NCBI GenBank assembly: GCA_035703635.1
Contig: DASSXV010000069.1
Span: forward strand, 24,889 to 88,888
Source of the DNA: Trueperaceae bacterium
GTDB lineage: Bacteria > Deinococcota > Deinococci > Deinococcales > Trueperaceae
Direction: 5' to 3'
Length of the DNA stretch: 64,000 bases
The position numbers were made by a program, and so were the translations under genes. Below, piece after piece: positions 9,707-19,122 of this stretch. Numbering within the stretch: position 1 is the first letter of the stretch; each line of letters begins with the position of its first letter. The notes under the pieces were generated by a model. The model was not told where the DNA came from. It did no database searches and saw only the letters and a list, made by a program, of their open reading frames with translations.

Positions 9707-11317
9707 TTACAGGAACAGCGCCCGCACCCACGGGCTGACGAGCGCGGCGACTATCAACCCGACGTGGAGGGTGAGCTGCGCGACCACGACTTCCCAGCCG
9801 CTGCGGCGCCTGCGGTAAGCGTCCGCCAGGATGAGGCCGAAAGGTACGAGGAGGACGAGCGGCGCGCCGAACGCCAGGGCGTAAAGGGCAGCCGAGGCGA
9901 TGGTCGCGATCGTCTTGTCGTAGCGCCGCATGAGGGGCGGGATGGCGAACGACCGGAAGTAGATCTCGGACAGCGGCACGAGGATCGAGGCTGCGACCAC
10001 GAGGGGCGTGGTGCGCATGTAATCGAGGTAGAAGCGCCCGAGTGGTCCGTCGCCGCCGCTGTAATGCAGGTAGGCGAGTGTGGCTGCGAGGAACAAGACG
10101 CCCCAACCGACGCCGTACGAGGCGTGATGGCCGTTGCCGAGCAGCGTCTCCATGGCGTCGAAACCGTTGGTCTGCACGCGCCGCCAAGAGAGCAGAGCGA
10201 GCGCCACGGCGAGGGTGAGGAGGAAGAGCGCCCTGCATTCGTCGGCGAGCGCGGGAGTGAACAGCGCGAGGAAGTTGTCGTAGCGCACTAGTCCGTAGAT
10301 GACGGTGACGAACAGGGCGACGAGCAGCGAAGCGATGAACGTGCCGTACACCTGACCGACGCTCCAGTTGCGGGGCCCTTCCACGACCTCGAGGGTGGAC
10401 GAGGAGGCAATGCGGCTCTCGCCGATGAGGTGCGCGCCGACGAGGAACAGGAGCAGCAGGAGCCAGATGAGCGTGTTGCCCGTGAGGAACGACGATAGGT
10501 TCTCGCGCTTGAGCGACTCGCGCAGGGCAAGCCCGCCAGCCCCGACGTCGCCGCCCGCGTACGCGATGAGCGCCAGGGCGCGCAAGTCTTGCGCTTGAGC
10601 GTCGATGTTGCGAGCGCCGCGCAGCTGGTGGGCGGTGGCGATGTTGCCGTTTGCCGCCTCCAACTCACCTTGGGCCCACTGGGCGCGCCCGAGGAGTGAG
10701 CGCACGTCGGCGTTGCGGTCGTCCCCCGTGAGGGTGAGGTAGCTCTGTAGTTGCTGCCCAGCCGAGGCGGCTTCGCCGAGCCGCAGCCTCAGGCCCGCGT
10801 CGGCTAGTCGGTAGTTGACGTCAAGCGGGTTGCCGAGGATGGCGGCGTCGTAAGCGCCGAGGGCCTCCCGGAAGCGGCCTTGCGACTGCATGATGCGGCC
10901 GCGGAGGAACGACACGCGCCCCTCCAACTCGAGGTTGCCCTGCGTGGCGAGACGCGCCTCGGCCGCTTGGAGCTGGGCCTCAGCGTCGCCTGGGCGCTGG
11001 CTTGCCAGTGCGGCTTCCGCCAACAGCACGAGCGGTTCGGCGGTGTTCACGCGGTTGAGTACGCGCCGCAGCCGGTTCTCTGCGCTGGAGACGTCGCCAA
11101 GGTCGAGCTCAATGCGGGCGAGAGCTAGTTCTGCGTCCGCGAAGTCCGGTTTGACTTGCAGGGCGTTGAGGCACGCTTGCCGCGCGGTCTCGAGGTCGCC
11201 GCCCGCCTCGAAGCGCAGGCACTGTTGGTAGTAGCGGTTCTCGTCGAAGCTTTGCGCATGCGCTATGCCCGCCCCCAGGATGATGAAGGCGGTCGCCGCA
11301 GCAAACGCGCGCGCCAT
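9707..11317 (-). CDS. Signal peptide + TPR repeats fused to a CPBP/CAAX-protease-like membrane domain
   Basis: N-terminal signal ending AHA-Q and TPR-like helices (NALQVKPDFADAELALARI). Multi-TM C-terminus with SEIYFRSF. Start could also be the GTG at 11326. Confidence 0.7.
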   Translation of the reverse strand: MARAFAAATAFIILGAGIAHAQSFDENRYYQQCLRFEAGGDLETARQACLNALQVKPDFADAELALARIELDLGDVSSAENRLRRVLNRVNTAEPLVLLAEAALASQRPGDAEAQLQAAEARLATQGNLELEGRVSFLRGRIMQSQGRFREALGAYDAAILGNPLDVNYRLADAGLRLRLGEAASAGQQLQSYLTLTGDDRNADVRSLLGRAQWAQGELEAANGNIATAHQLRGARNIDAQAQDLRALALIAYAGGDVGAGGLALRESLKRENLSSFLTGNTLIWLLLLLFLVGAHLIGESRIASSSTLEVVEGPRNWSVGQVYGTFIASLLVALFVTVIYGLVRYDNFLALFTPALADECRALFLLTLAVALALLSWRRVQTNGFDAMETLLGNGHHASYGVGWGVLFLAATLAYLHYSGGDGPLGRFYLDYMRTTPLVVAASILVPLSEIYFRSFAIPPLMRRYDKTIATIASAALYALAFGAPLVLLVPFGLILADAYRRRRSGWEVVVAQLTLHVGLIVAALVSPWVRALFL

Positions 11318-11551
11318 GCTAGTCACACGCCTCCCTAGTTGAACCACTCCCGGGTTGCTTCGCATGCTTTCCCTTCTGACTTGCACAGCTGACGTACAGC
11401 CACATGATGCCGTAAGGCGGTCGGCAGGTGCGGTTAGTTCGTTCACTAACTGCCTGGCCCCGAGGCCGTGGCGCGCGAGTGAGACACGCGGTTAAGGTTC
11501 CCTGAAGCCGAGACGTCTCGGGGTTTCATGGGCCGTTGGTAGCATCATCGC

Positions 11552-11620
11552 ATGACACGCAGTCTGCCAGCGCACCAAGCATCTGCGGGCGCTCCCACGG
11601 TTATCGGGGGCGTTAGGTGA
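11552..11620 (+). CDS. Putative leaderless 22-aa upstream peptide (MTRSLPAHQASAGAPTVIGGVR)
   Basis: TAGCAT -10-like box at 11540-11545, 6 nt before the ATG. The TGA overlaps the next GTG start (GTGA). Confidence 0.4.
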   Translation: MTRSLPAHQASAGAPTVIGGVR

Positions 11621-11997
11621 GCTTGGCCTTCCTCTTCATGCTTGGGCAGGCCGTGCTGCAACTGCCGGCCATGGTGGAGGGCACCGAGGTAAGGCTCGTG
11701 TCGCTCGACCTGCTTACGGTGTACGTGTCCGCGCGCGTCGTCGATGGGCGCCTAGTGTTCCGCGAGTTTCCGCCGCCCGGCACGGAAGTGCGGGTGCTTA
11801 TCTTCCCGCCGGGCGAGGACCCGGCCGCCAAGGCGGCCGCTTTGACCGGCGCGTCGGCCTACACGGGGCGCATTACCGACGGGGGCGCCGACGTGTTATT
11901 GACCGTCTATGGCAGAACTAACCCGGTCTCGCTGCGCGAGGTCCTCCTCGAGGAGCGCGAGGTGTGGCTAGACTTACCCATGGGAAGGAGCCGCTGA
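11617..11997 (+). CDS. Hypothetical protein, first gene of the two-component operon
   Basis: 126-aa ORF with a hydrophobic N-terminus. Its stop directly abuts the response regulator ATG. Confidence 0.65.
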   Translation: MSLAFLFMLGQAVLQLPAMVEGTEVRLVSLDLLTVYVSARVVDGRLVFREFPPPGTEVRVLIFPPGEDPAAKAAALTGASAYTGRITDGGADVLLTVYGRTNPVSLREVLLEEREVWLDLPMGRSR

Positions 11998-12666
11998 ATG
12001 GCTACCAATCGGATCCTGATAGTCGAAGACGACGTCGACATCCTGCGGCTCCTCTCGCGCGAGCTCGAAGACGCCGGTTTCGAAGTCGCCGCGTACGACA
12101 GCGGCATGCGTGGCCTTTCGGCTGTGCGCGAGTCCAGCCCGGACCTGGTCATCCTCGACCTCGGCTTGCCAGACCTGAGCGGCCAAGAGATCGCGCGCAG
12201 GCTGCGCCACACGGGCAACATCCCCATCATCATCCTGACGGCGGCCGACGAGGTCGGCACGAAAGTCGAGATGCTCAACGCCGGCGCCGACGACTATCTG
12301 GCCAAGCCGTTCCACGTGGAGGAGCTGTTGGCCCGCATCAACGTGCAGCTGCGCAAGCGCACGTTAGGCGTGGCGCAGAAGATCGGCGACCTGACCATCG
12401 ACCCTGCCCGCAGGCAAGTGTTCTGGGAGGCAGAGGAAGTGCGCTTCAGCCCCCGCGAGTACGAGCTGCTGCACTACCTGGCCGGCCAACCCGGCAGGGT
12501 ATACAGCCGCAAAGAGATCGAACATAACGTGTGGGGCGAGGAACTGCCGCCCTCCTCCAACGTAGTCGACGTGCACATCGCTAACATCAGGAGCAAGCTA
12601 CGCGATGCGGGAGGCTTCGGTGTGATCAGGACCGTCCGCGGTGTGGGTTACGCCCTCAAGTCGTGA
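11998..12666 (+). CDS. OmpR-family response regulator, DrRRA-like
   Basis: Receiver motifs ILIVEDD, ILDLGLPD and GADDYLAKPF. Winged helix SNVVDVHIANIRSKLRD..RTVRGVGY. By recall it resembles Deinococcus DrRRA. Confidence 0.92.
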   Translation: MATNRILIVEDDVDILRLLSRELEDAGFEVAAYDSGMRGLSAVRESSPDLVILDLGLPDLSGQEIARRLRHTGNIPIIILTAADEVGTKVEMLNAGADDYLAKPFHVEELLARINVQLRKRTLGVAQKIGDLTIDPARRQVFWEAEEVRFSPREYELLHYLAGQPGRVYSRKEIEHNVWGEELPPSSNVVDVHIANIRSKLRDAGGFGVIRTVRGVGYALKS

Positions 12667-12673
12667 GGCGCGA

Positions 12674-14029
12674 GTGGGCCGCGCGGGCCTCGTGCCTCTG
12701 CTGAAGACCCCGAGACTGGCGCTTAAGTGGCGCGTAGCCCTGCTCGCTGCCGCGGCCATCGCCCTGCTAGCTGGCTTGACCATGGTCGTGGCTTACCAGG
12801 TCGTGCGCAACGGCCTCTTCGACGAGCTGAGACGGGCGCTGCAGTCCGACGCCGCCGTGGTCGCCTCGCTCTACAGTTCGGGAGAGGGAAGCGCTTCGAC
12901 TAGCCTCACCGGCCCGACCGGCGGGGTGGTTCTGCAGGTCTACGACCCGAGCGGGCACTTGCTCGTCGCCAGCCGGCCCGAGTTCGAAGCCAGCGACAAG
13001 GCCTTGCCGGCCGCCGACGTCATCGGCGGCCTCGGCGTGCCGACCACGTGGAGCGGGCTCGTTGGCGGTGTCCGCATGGAGGCCGCGCTCGCACCGTTCG
13101 AGCTCGGCGTGGTGGTCGTCATGACCGACCCGGCTTACATCGGGTTCGTGCTCGCCGACCTCTCGCGCAACCTGCTCGTGGCCGCCATCTTGCTCGTCGT
13201 GGCTAGCTTGGTAGTCGGTTATCTCGTGGCGGCCGCCTCCTTGTGGCCACTGACACGCCTCGCCCGCCTGGCTTCCACCCTTGGGCCTGACCGGCTCGAG
13301 GCTATCGAGTACGAAGGTCCGAGCGACGAAGTCGGCCGCCTGACGAGCGCCCTGAACGGCCTCGTCGGGAGGTTGAGCGTTGCGCTAGACGCGCAACGCG
13401 TGTTCCTGGCAGAGACGAGTCACGAGCTGCGTACGCCGCTCACGAGCTTGCGGGGTTTCCTCGACCGTGCCGTCAGGCGCGCCAAGCCGGAGGTGCGCGA
13501 CGACCTGATGGACGCGCAGCGCATAGCTGGCAGCATGACGAGGTTGGTGGAGGACTTGTTGCAGCTATCGCGCGGGCAGCTCGTGGTGGACCCCAACCCG
13601 CACTTGGTCGAACTACGCAGCGACGTGCTTGCGCCCGTCGCTGGCGAGTTCCCTGGGGTGGTCGTGACCCCCGGGCTGCCAGCGCTCGTGCTCGGCGACC
13701 CGCAGCGCCTGATGCAGCTGGTGCGCAACTTGACGGCGAACGCCGTGCGCGTCGCTAGCCACCCGGAGGCCGTCACCTTGGGCCTCGAGATAGGCGACCT
13801 CGAGGTCACCGTGTTGGTTGGGGATGACGGTCCTGGCATACCGTCCGCCACGCTGGAGCGCATCTTCGAGAAGTTCTACAAGGGCGCCGGCGGCGGCGCC
13901 GGCCTTGGCCTAGCGATCGCCCGTCAGGTGGCCGAACATCACCAGGGGTCGATAACGGTCGAGAGCGGCCCGGGCGCGACGGTGTTCAAGGTGCGCCTGC
14001 CGCTCATCGACGCGGATGAAGACGACTGA
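12674..14029 (+). CDS. Membrane sensor histidine kinase (HAMP-HisKA-HATPase)
   Basis: Two TM segments, H-box SHELRTPL, N-box NLTANA, G1 DDGPGI, G2 GAGLGLAI. Start position uncertain. Confidence 0.92.
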   Translation: MGRAGLVPLLKTPRLALKWRVALLAAAAIALLAGLTMVVAYQVVRNGLFDELRRALQSDAAVVASLYSSGEGSASTSLTGPTGGVVLQVYDPSGHLLVASRPEFEASDKALPAADVIGGLGVPTTWSGLVGGVRMEAALAPFELGVVVVMTDPAYIGFVLADLSRNLLVAAILLVVASLVVGYLVAAASLWPLTRLARLASTLGPDRLEAIEYEGPSDEVGRLTSALNGLVGRLSVALDAQRVFLAETSHELRTPLTSLRGFLDRAVRRAKPEVRDDLMDAQRIAGSMTRLVEDLLQLSRGQLVVDPNPHLVELRSDVLAPVAGEFPGVVVTPGLPALVLGDPQRLMQLVRNLTANAVRVASHPEAVTLGLEIGDLEVTVLVGDDGPGIPSATLERIFEKFYKGAGGGAGLGLAIARQVAEHHQGSITVESGPGATVFKVRLPLIDADEDD

Positions 14030-14045
14030 GAGTGCGGTTGGCGGT

Positions 14046-14594
14046 CTAGAGCCGCGGTAGCGTCACTCCGGTTTGGCCCTGGTACTTGCCGTCGCGGTCG
14101 GCATAGGTAGTGTCCGGCCGCTCGCCCTGGAAGAAGAGCAGCTGCACTATGCCCTCGTTGGCGTACACCTTGGCGGGCAACGGGGTGGTGTTGGAGAGTT
14201 CGAGGGTGACGTGGCCCTCCCACCCCGGCTCGAGTGGGGTGACGTTGGCGACGATGCCGCACCGCGCGTAAGACGACTTGCCTAGGGCGATGACCATGGT
14301 GTCGTCTGGGATCTTCAGGTACTCGACAGAGCGCGTGAGCACGAACGAGTTCGGCGGGATGATGCAGGTCTCGCCGTCCCACTCGACGAGGCTGCGGGTG
14401 TCGAAGTTCTTGGGGTCCACTACGGTGTTGAAGGCGTTCACGAAGATGCGCCATTCAGGTGCGGCGCGCAGGTCGTAACCGAAGCTCGAGAGCCCGTAAC
14501 TGATGACGCCTTGGCGCACGAGGCGCTCCTCGAAGGGCGTGATCATGCCCTCCTTGGCGCGGGCGCGGATCCAACTGTCAGGCCTGATGCTCAT
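14046..14594 (-). CDS. dcd: dCTP deaminase
   Basis: Motifs [31 protein letters not shown] and YQGQTGVT. Leaderless-type TAAAGT upstream. Confidence 0.95.
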   Translation of the reverse strand: MSIRPDSWIRARAKEGMITPFEERLVRQGVISYGLSSFGYDLRAAPEWRIFVNAFNTVVDPKNFDTRSLVEWDGETCIIPPNSFVLTRSVEYLKIPDDTMVIALGKSSYARCGIVANVTPLEPGWEGHVTLELSNTTPLPAKVYANEGIVQLLFFQGERPDTTYADRDGKYQGQTGVTLPRL

Positions 14595-14663
14595 CGGGGC
14601 ACTTTACCAGCGTGGCGGAGTCGGTCGCGGCTGCGGCGCGGGCGCCCACGGACCACTGCGCGA

Positions 14664-14696
14664 GTGATAGCGAAGTGATATCATCGTGCTAGCACA
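14664..14696 (+). promoter_or_regulatory. Putative RHH-protein operator: three tandem boxes at 11-bp period
   Basis: GTGATAGCGAA / GTGATATCATC / GTGCTAGCACA. The cores TGATATCA and TGCTAGCA are perfect palindromes. Lies just before the SD of the SPFH gene. Confidence 0.6.
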
Positions 14697-14707
14697 TTGG
14701 AGGTGCC

Positions 14708-15598
14708 GTGAACGAAGTCGTTGAGCGAGTAGTGGAGAAGCAAGCCCGCGCGGGGAACGGGTTTCTAGGGCTGGGCATCATCTTGCTGCTGTTCGCAGTG
14801 GGCGCCGTGCTAGTCATCTACGCGGGCGTCAACGAGTTGGTTATCCCGCTGATCATTGGCGTGCTCTCCATGCTGATCGGCGGCCTGCTCATCGGCGGGC
14901 TAGTGGCGGTGCAACCGAACCAGGCGCGCGTCCTCACCCTGTTCGGCACTTACGTCGGCTCGTTGCGGTCTGCCGGGTTCTGGTGGGTCAACCCCTTCAC
15001 CACCAAGAAGGCCGTCAGCTTGCGCGTCCGCAACTTCACTAGCGAACGCGTGAAGGTCAACGACGCGGACGGCAACCCCGTCGAGATCGCGGCGGTGGTC
15101 GTCTGGCGCGTCGCCGAGTCGGCCAAGGCGGTCTTCGACGTCGACGACTACGAGCAGTTCGTCGGCATCCAGTCAGAGACGGCCCTGCGCGGCCTGGCCA
15201 CGCGCTACCCGTACGACGCCAGCGGAGCCGACCGCCCGTCGCTACGCGAGAACCCGGACGAGCTCGCCACCGCACTCCGCGGCGAGCTCGAGCAGCGCCT
15301 CGAAGTAGCCGGCGTAGACGTGATAGAGGCGCGCCTAACGCACTTGGCCTACGCTCCGGAGATAGCGCAAGCCATGCTGCGCAGGCAGCAGGCGCAGGCC
15401 GTCGTCTCCGCCCGCCGCCTCATCGTGGAGGCCGCGGTCGGCATGGTGGAGGACGCGCTCAATGGGCTCTCGCAGCGCGGCGTCGTCGAACTGGACGACG
15501 ACAAGCGCGCTGCCATGGCCAACAACCTCATGGTCGCCCTCACGAGTGAGCAAGGGGTCACGCCGATCGTCAACGCAGGCACGCTGTACGGGGGCTGA
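14708..15598 (+). CDS. SPFH/band 7 domain membrane protein
   Basis: Two N-terminal TMs, then [18 protein letters not shown] and [18 protein letters not shown]. Confidence 0.92.
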   Translation: MNEVVERVVEKQARAGNGFLGLGIILLLFAVGAVLVIYAGVNELVIPLIIGVLSMLIGGLLIGGLVAVQPNQARVLTLFGTYVGSLRSAGFWWVNPFTTKKAVSLRVRNFTSERVKVNDADGNPVEIAAVVVWRVAESAKAVFDVDDYEQFVGIQSETALRGLATRYPYDASGADRPSLRENPDELATALRGELEQRLEVAGVDVIEARLTHLAYAPEIAQAMLRRQQAQAVVSARRLIVEAAVGMVEDALNGLSQRGVVELDDDKRAAMANNLMVALTSEQGVTPIVNAGTLYGG

Positions 15599-15609
15599 AA
15601 GGAACGCAC

Positions 15610-17346
15610 ATGACCAAGCACTTTAGAACCGCCGCCGGCGTGACCCTGGCACTGCTACTCGGCGCCGGCACTGGCCTAGCCCAGGGGGCCGCGCAAGGAG
15701 ACGTGCAAGGAGGCGCGCTCACCTTCGACATGATCATCGGCGGCGCCACCATCGGCCAGGCCGGCATGACTCTCACCCGCACCCCGGAGGGAACGACTTC
15801 GAACGGCTTCGCGAACGTGACGGGCACGCTGGACCTCCATGACGTCCTCGAGACGGGGCCGAACGGCGCCGCGACGAGCTATCACCTGACGGGCGCCGTG
15901 CAGGGCACGAACGTGACGATCGACGTGAAGTTCGGGGCGAGCAGCGCGGAGATGACGATAGAACAGGGCGGTAAGAGCCAATCGGTAACGTTGCCGCTGC
16001 CGGGCTCCGTCTACGTGCTCGACAACAACTTCATCGATGGCTTCCAGATTCTCGCAGACGAAGTGCTCAAGAGCGGTGCGGCTGGAACCTTCGACATCAT
16101 CGTCCCGCAAGTGGCTATGTTCGGCAGCGCCGCGCTTGGCGCGCCCGCGGCGGCGAGCGTCACGGTCGGCGGGCAGGAGACGCCAGCGCAACGCCTCGAC
16201 GGGGTGCTCAAGGCCGGCCCGCAGTCGATCGACTTCAGCCTCTACCTCGACGCCAACGGCAACATCTTGGTGCTGACCACCAGCCAGAACGTGCGCATGG
16301 AGCGCACTAGCGCTGCTCAGGCGCCGGCGCCCGCCACTACGGCCGTACCGGAAGCCTTGGCCACGGCGGCCGCGTGCCTCGTCGAGCGCGACGTGAGCAT
16401 CACGAGCACCGGCGCCACCTTGGTCGGCAAGCTCACCCTCCCGAAGGCGGCGGCAGACGGCAGTGAAGGTCCCGCCCCGACCCTTGTGCTGATCGCAGGC
16501 TCAGGCGCCGTCGACCTTGACGGCAACGCTCCGCCCCTGCTCACCAACAGCGGTTACAAGCAGCTCGCGTACGCCCTAGCCTGCCACGGTTACGGGGTGC
16601 TTCGGGCCTCGAAGCTGGGCATCAGCCCATCTACCGGCGACGGCAACGCCGTTACCCTCGACACCTACGCCCAGAACACCGCGGACTGGCTTGGCTTCCT
16701 CGCTACCCAGCCAGGGGTTGACGCTGCGCGCCTCGGCATCATCGGTCACTCCGAGGGCGGGTTGGTGGCGTTGTACGCCACCGCTCACGGCAAGGTCGCG
16801 CCACAGGCGCTGGTGCTCTTGGCCTCCCCAGGTAGGCCGCTCGACGTCCTGCTCCGCGAGCAGCTGCTAGCGCGCGCGCAAGAGGGCGGGGCGACGACGG
16901 AGGCGCTCGCCACGCTCGGGCAGCAGATAGACGAGCTCATCGCCGCCGTGAACGCCTCTACCGGCGTCGCGCTGACCCCAACCCCTGAGCTCGAGAAGTT
17001 CCCACTCACTGGCATGTTCGCCCCCGCCGCGGGGCTACTGCGGAGCGAGTTCGGGGTGGAGCCCTCTGACCTAGCGCGCGCCGTTGCCGTACCCGTAGCC
17101 GTCCTCCAGGGCGAGAAGGACATCCAGGTGACCACCGTCGACGCCGAACTCATCGCCGCCGCCGCGCCTCACGCTGACCTGTTCCTGTTCGCGGACCTTA
17201 CGCACAACCTCGTCGACACGGCCGGCCCGGCGCTCGGCATGCCGCTCCCAGGCGCGGACGCGGTCATCTCACCCACGGTCGTGCAAGTGATCGCCACCTA
17301 CCTCGCTGGCAACCTGCGAGCACGCGGTGCGAACTCGCCAAGGTGA
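15610..17346 (+). CDS. Secreted two-domain alpha/beta hydrolase (beta-rich N-terminal domain + serine hydrolase)
   Basis: Signal peptide, IAGSGAVDLDGN, nucleophile motif GHSEG, acid in QGEKDIQV and His in LTHNL. Confidence 0.8.
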   Translation: MTKHFRTAAGVTLALLLGAGTGLAQGAAQGDVQGGALTFDMIIGGATIGQAGMTLTRTPEGTTSNGFANVTGTLDLHDVLETGPNGAATSYHLTGAVQGTNVTIDVKFGASSAEMTIEQGGKSQSVTLPLPGSVYVLDNNFIDGFQILADEVLKSGAAGTFDIIVPQVAMFGSAALGAPAAASVTVGGQETPAQRLDGVLKAGPQSIDFSLYLDANGNILVLTTSQNVRMERTSAAQAPAPATTAVPEALATAAACLVERDVSITSTGATLVGKLTLPKAAADGSEGPAPTLVLIAGSGAVDLDGNAPPLLTNSGYKQLAYALACHGYGVLRASKLGISPSTGDGNAVTLDTYAQNTADWLGFLATQPGVDAARLGIIGHSEGGLVALYATAHGKVAPQALVLLASPGRPLDVLLREQLLARAQEGGATTEALATLGQQIDELIAAVNASTGVALTPTPELEKFPLTGMFAPAAGLLRSEFGVEPSDLARAVAVPVAVLQGEKDIQVTTVDAELIAAAAPHADLFLFADLTHNLVDTAGPALGMPLPGADAVISPTVVQVIATYLAGNLRARGANSPR

Positions 17347-17366
17347 AGCAGTAGGCGGCGGTCACA

Positions 17367-17576
17367 GTGGCTGAGAAGAGGCGCTACCTCCTCAGGCTCG
17401 ACGCCGAGATCCACGGCGCCATAGAGAAGTGGGCGGCCGACGACCTGCGCAGCGTCAACGCCCAGATCGAGTACCTGTTGACGGAGGCGCTGCGCAAGGC
17501 GAGCCGCCTGCCAGCCAAGCGCTCACCTGCCGCGCAGGCCGCCGACGCCGCGGACGGCGACGATAGCGCCGGCTAG
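17367..17576 (+). CDS. Arc-like ribbon-helix-helix DNA-binding protein
   Basis: Motif RYLLRLD..IEKWAADDLRSVNAQIEYLL. Confidence 0.85.
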   Translation: MAEKRRYLLRLDAEIHGAIEKWAADDLRSVNAQIEYLLTEALRKASRLPAKRSPAAQAADAADGDDSAG

Positions 17577-18658
17577 CCGCCGCCCCGCAGGAAGCGCTGC
17601 ACGTCGCGGTTATGCGCTGGCAGGTTCGTGTTCGGTCGGAACACGGGCACCCCACCTTCGCTGCCGTGAAGGAAGTAGAGGTAGGGAACGCCGGCGTCCG
17701 TCAAGCGCTGCGGCGACAGGACGGCAAGTAGGGCCTCCTGGCCAGGGTTACCGATGGGGCCCGCCGGGAGGCCAGGTCGCGTGTAGGTGTTCCACGGCGT
17801 GTCCTTCCGCAAGTCGCCAGCAACGGCACTCAAGTCGGGTAGTGCCTTGCCAAGGCCGTAAGCGACGGTCGGATCTGACTGCAGCAGCATGCCGTCGTCA
17901 AGGCGGTTGAGGAACACCCCAGCGATGATGGGCATCTCCTCGACCGAGGCGGCCTCCGCCTGCACCATGCTCGCCAAAGTCACCCAATCGTGAACGCTTA
18001 GGCCGGACTGGGCGAGGGCGTCGACCACTGGACCCGTCACCTCGGCCTCGAAACGCGCAACCATGGCGCCGAGCGCCTCGGAGGCCGTCGAATGCACCGG
18101 CAGGTCGTAACTAGCGGGGAAGAGGTAGCCCTCCAACGTGTCGTCCTTGGCCAGTCCGGGCGGCGCCAGCTCGCCAGGCGAGCGGACAAGGGCCGCGAGT
18201 TCCGGCTCCTCACCCAAGCCGTTGGCAGCTAGGCGCGCTACTACCGCGGTCGCGCGCCAACCTTCCGGCACGACGATGCGCACAGTGCGCGGCCGCCCGC
18301 CAGCCGCCAAGGCGTCAGCCAGCTCGCGACTGCTCATGCTTGGCGAGAGGTCGTAAAGCCCCTCGCCGACGCGCCTGTCGAGGTCGGTGAACCGCAGTAG
18401 CAGCTCGAAGGCGAACCCCGAACGCACGAGGCCGGCGTCATGCAGCGCTCCCGCCACACGCGCGCCACCCCAACCGGGGAGCACCTCGAACTCGACTTGC
18501 CTAGGGGTAGCGCTAACAGGTGACAGTGCGAAGCGCACGACCACCCACCCGGTGACCACGAGCACGAGGACTAGCAGCAGCGCCAACGCCAGCGCGCGAC
18601 CGCGGCGCTTCGGGCGCGTGATGGCAGCTCCGTTCGGCTTGCTCGACTCGTCGCTCAC
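17573..18658 (-). CDS. mltG: Endolytic transglycosylase MltG
   Basis: N-terminal TM, VVPEG, LEGYLFPASY, LASMVQAE, VFLNRL, LQSDPT and NTYTRPGLPAGPIGNPG. Confidence 0.92.
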   Translation of the reverse strand: MSDESSKPNGAAITRPKRRGRALALALLLVLVLVVTGWVVVRFALSPVSATPRQVEFEVLPGWGGARVAGALHDAGLVRSGFAFELLLRFTDLDRRVGEGLYDLSPSMSSRELADALAAGGRPRTVRIVVPEGWRATAVVARLAANGLGEEPELAALVRSPGELAPPGLAKDDTLEGYLFPASYDLPVHSTASEALGAMVARFEAEVTGPVVDALAQSGLSVHDWVTLASMVQAEAASVEEMPIIAGVFLNRLDDGMLLQSDPTVAYGLGKALPDLSAVAGDLRKDTPWNTYTRPGLPAGPIGNPGQEALLAVLSPQRLTDAGVPYLYFLHGSEGGVPVFRPNTNLPAHNRDVQRFLRGGG

Positions 18659-19122
18659 CACTGCTCCTGCACGCGCCGAAGGTACGACTCCAAGATGAGT
18701 ACTGCCGCCGCTTCGTCGAGGCGTCCCCTCTCCTGACGCCGGCCACGGGGCAAGTCGGAGGCCCCAACCTGGCGCTGAGCGATGCGCGTCGTAAGACGCT
18801 CGTCCTCGAACTCGACAACGGCGCCCGCCGCCGCGAGGGCGGCCGCGAAGCGTCTCACGCGTTCCGTCTGCAGCGACTCTGCGCCGTCGAGGCGCAGCGG
18901 CAGACCGACGATCGCCGCGGCGGCGCCATCAGCTGCCATGAGCTGCAAGATGGCTGGCACGTCCTTCTTGGTCCCTTGCCGTTCAAGCGCTCCGCGCCCG
19001 AACGCGAGGAGCGAACCGACCGCGCCCGACGCCAGGCCGATGCGGGCGTCGCCGACGTCGAGGCCGAGCAGGCGGGCGCCAGCGGCCAACGGCGTTGTGG
19101 CGCTCGGGTCGGTGGCGCTCAG
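18655..19122 (-). CDS. ruvX: RuvX/YqgF pre-16S rRNA nuclease
   Basis: Motifs LLGLDVGDARIGLA, VGLP, EDERLTT and DEAAAVLILESYL. Start uncertain (CTG 19122 or TTG 19089). Confidence 0.9.
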   Translation of the reverse strand: MSATDPSATTPLAAGARLLGLDVGDARIGLASGAVGSLLAFGRGALERQGTKKDVPAILQLMAADGAAAAIVGLPLRLDGAESLQTERVRRFAAALAAAGAVVEFEDERLTTRIAQRQVGASDLPRGRRQERGRLDEAAAVLILESYLRRVQEQW

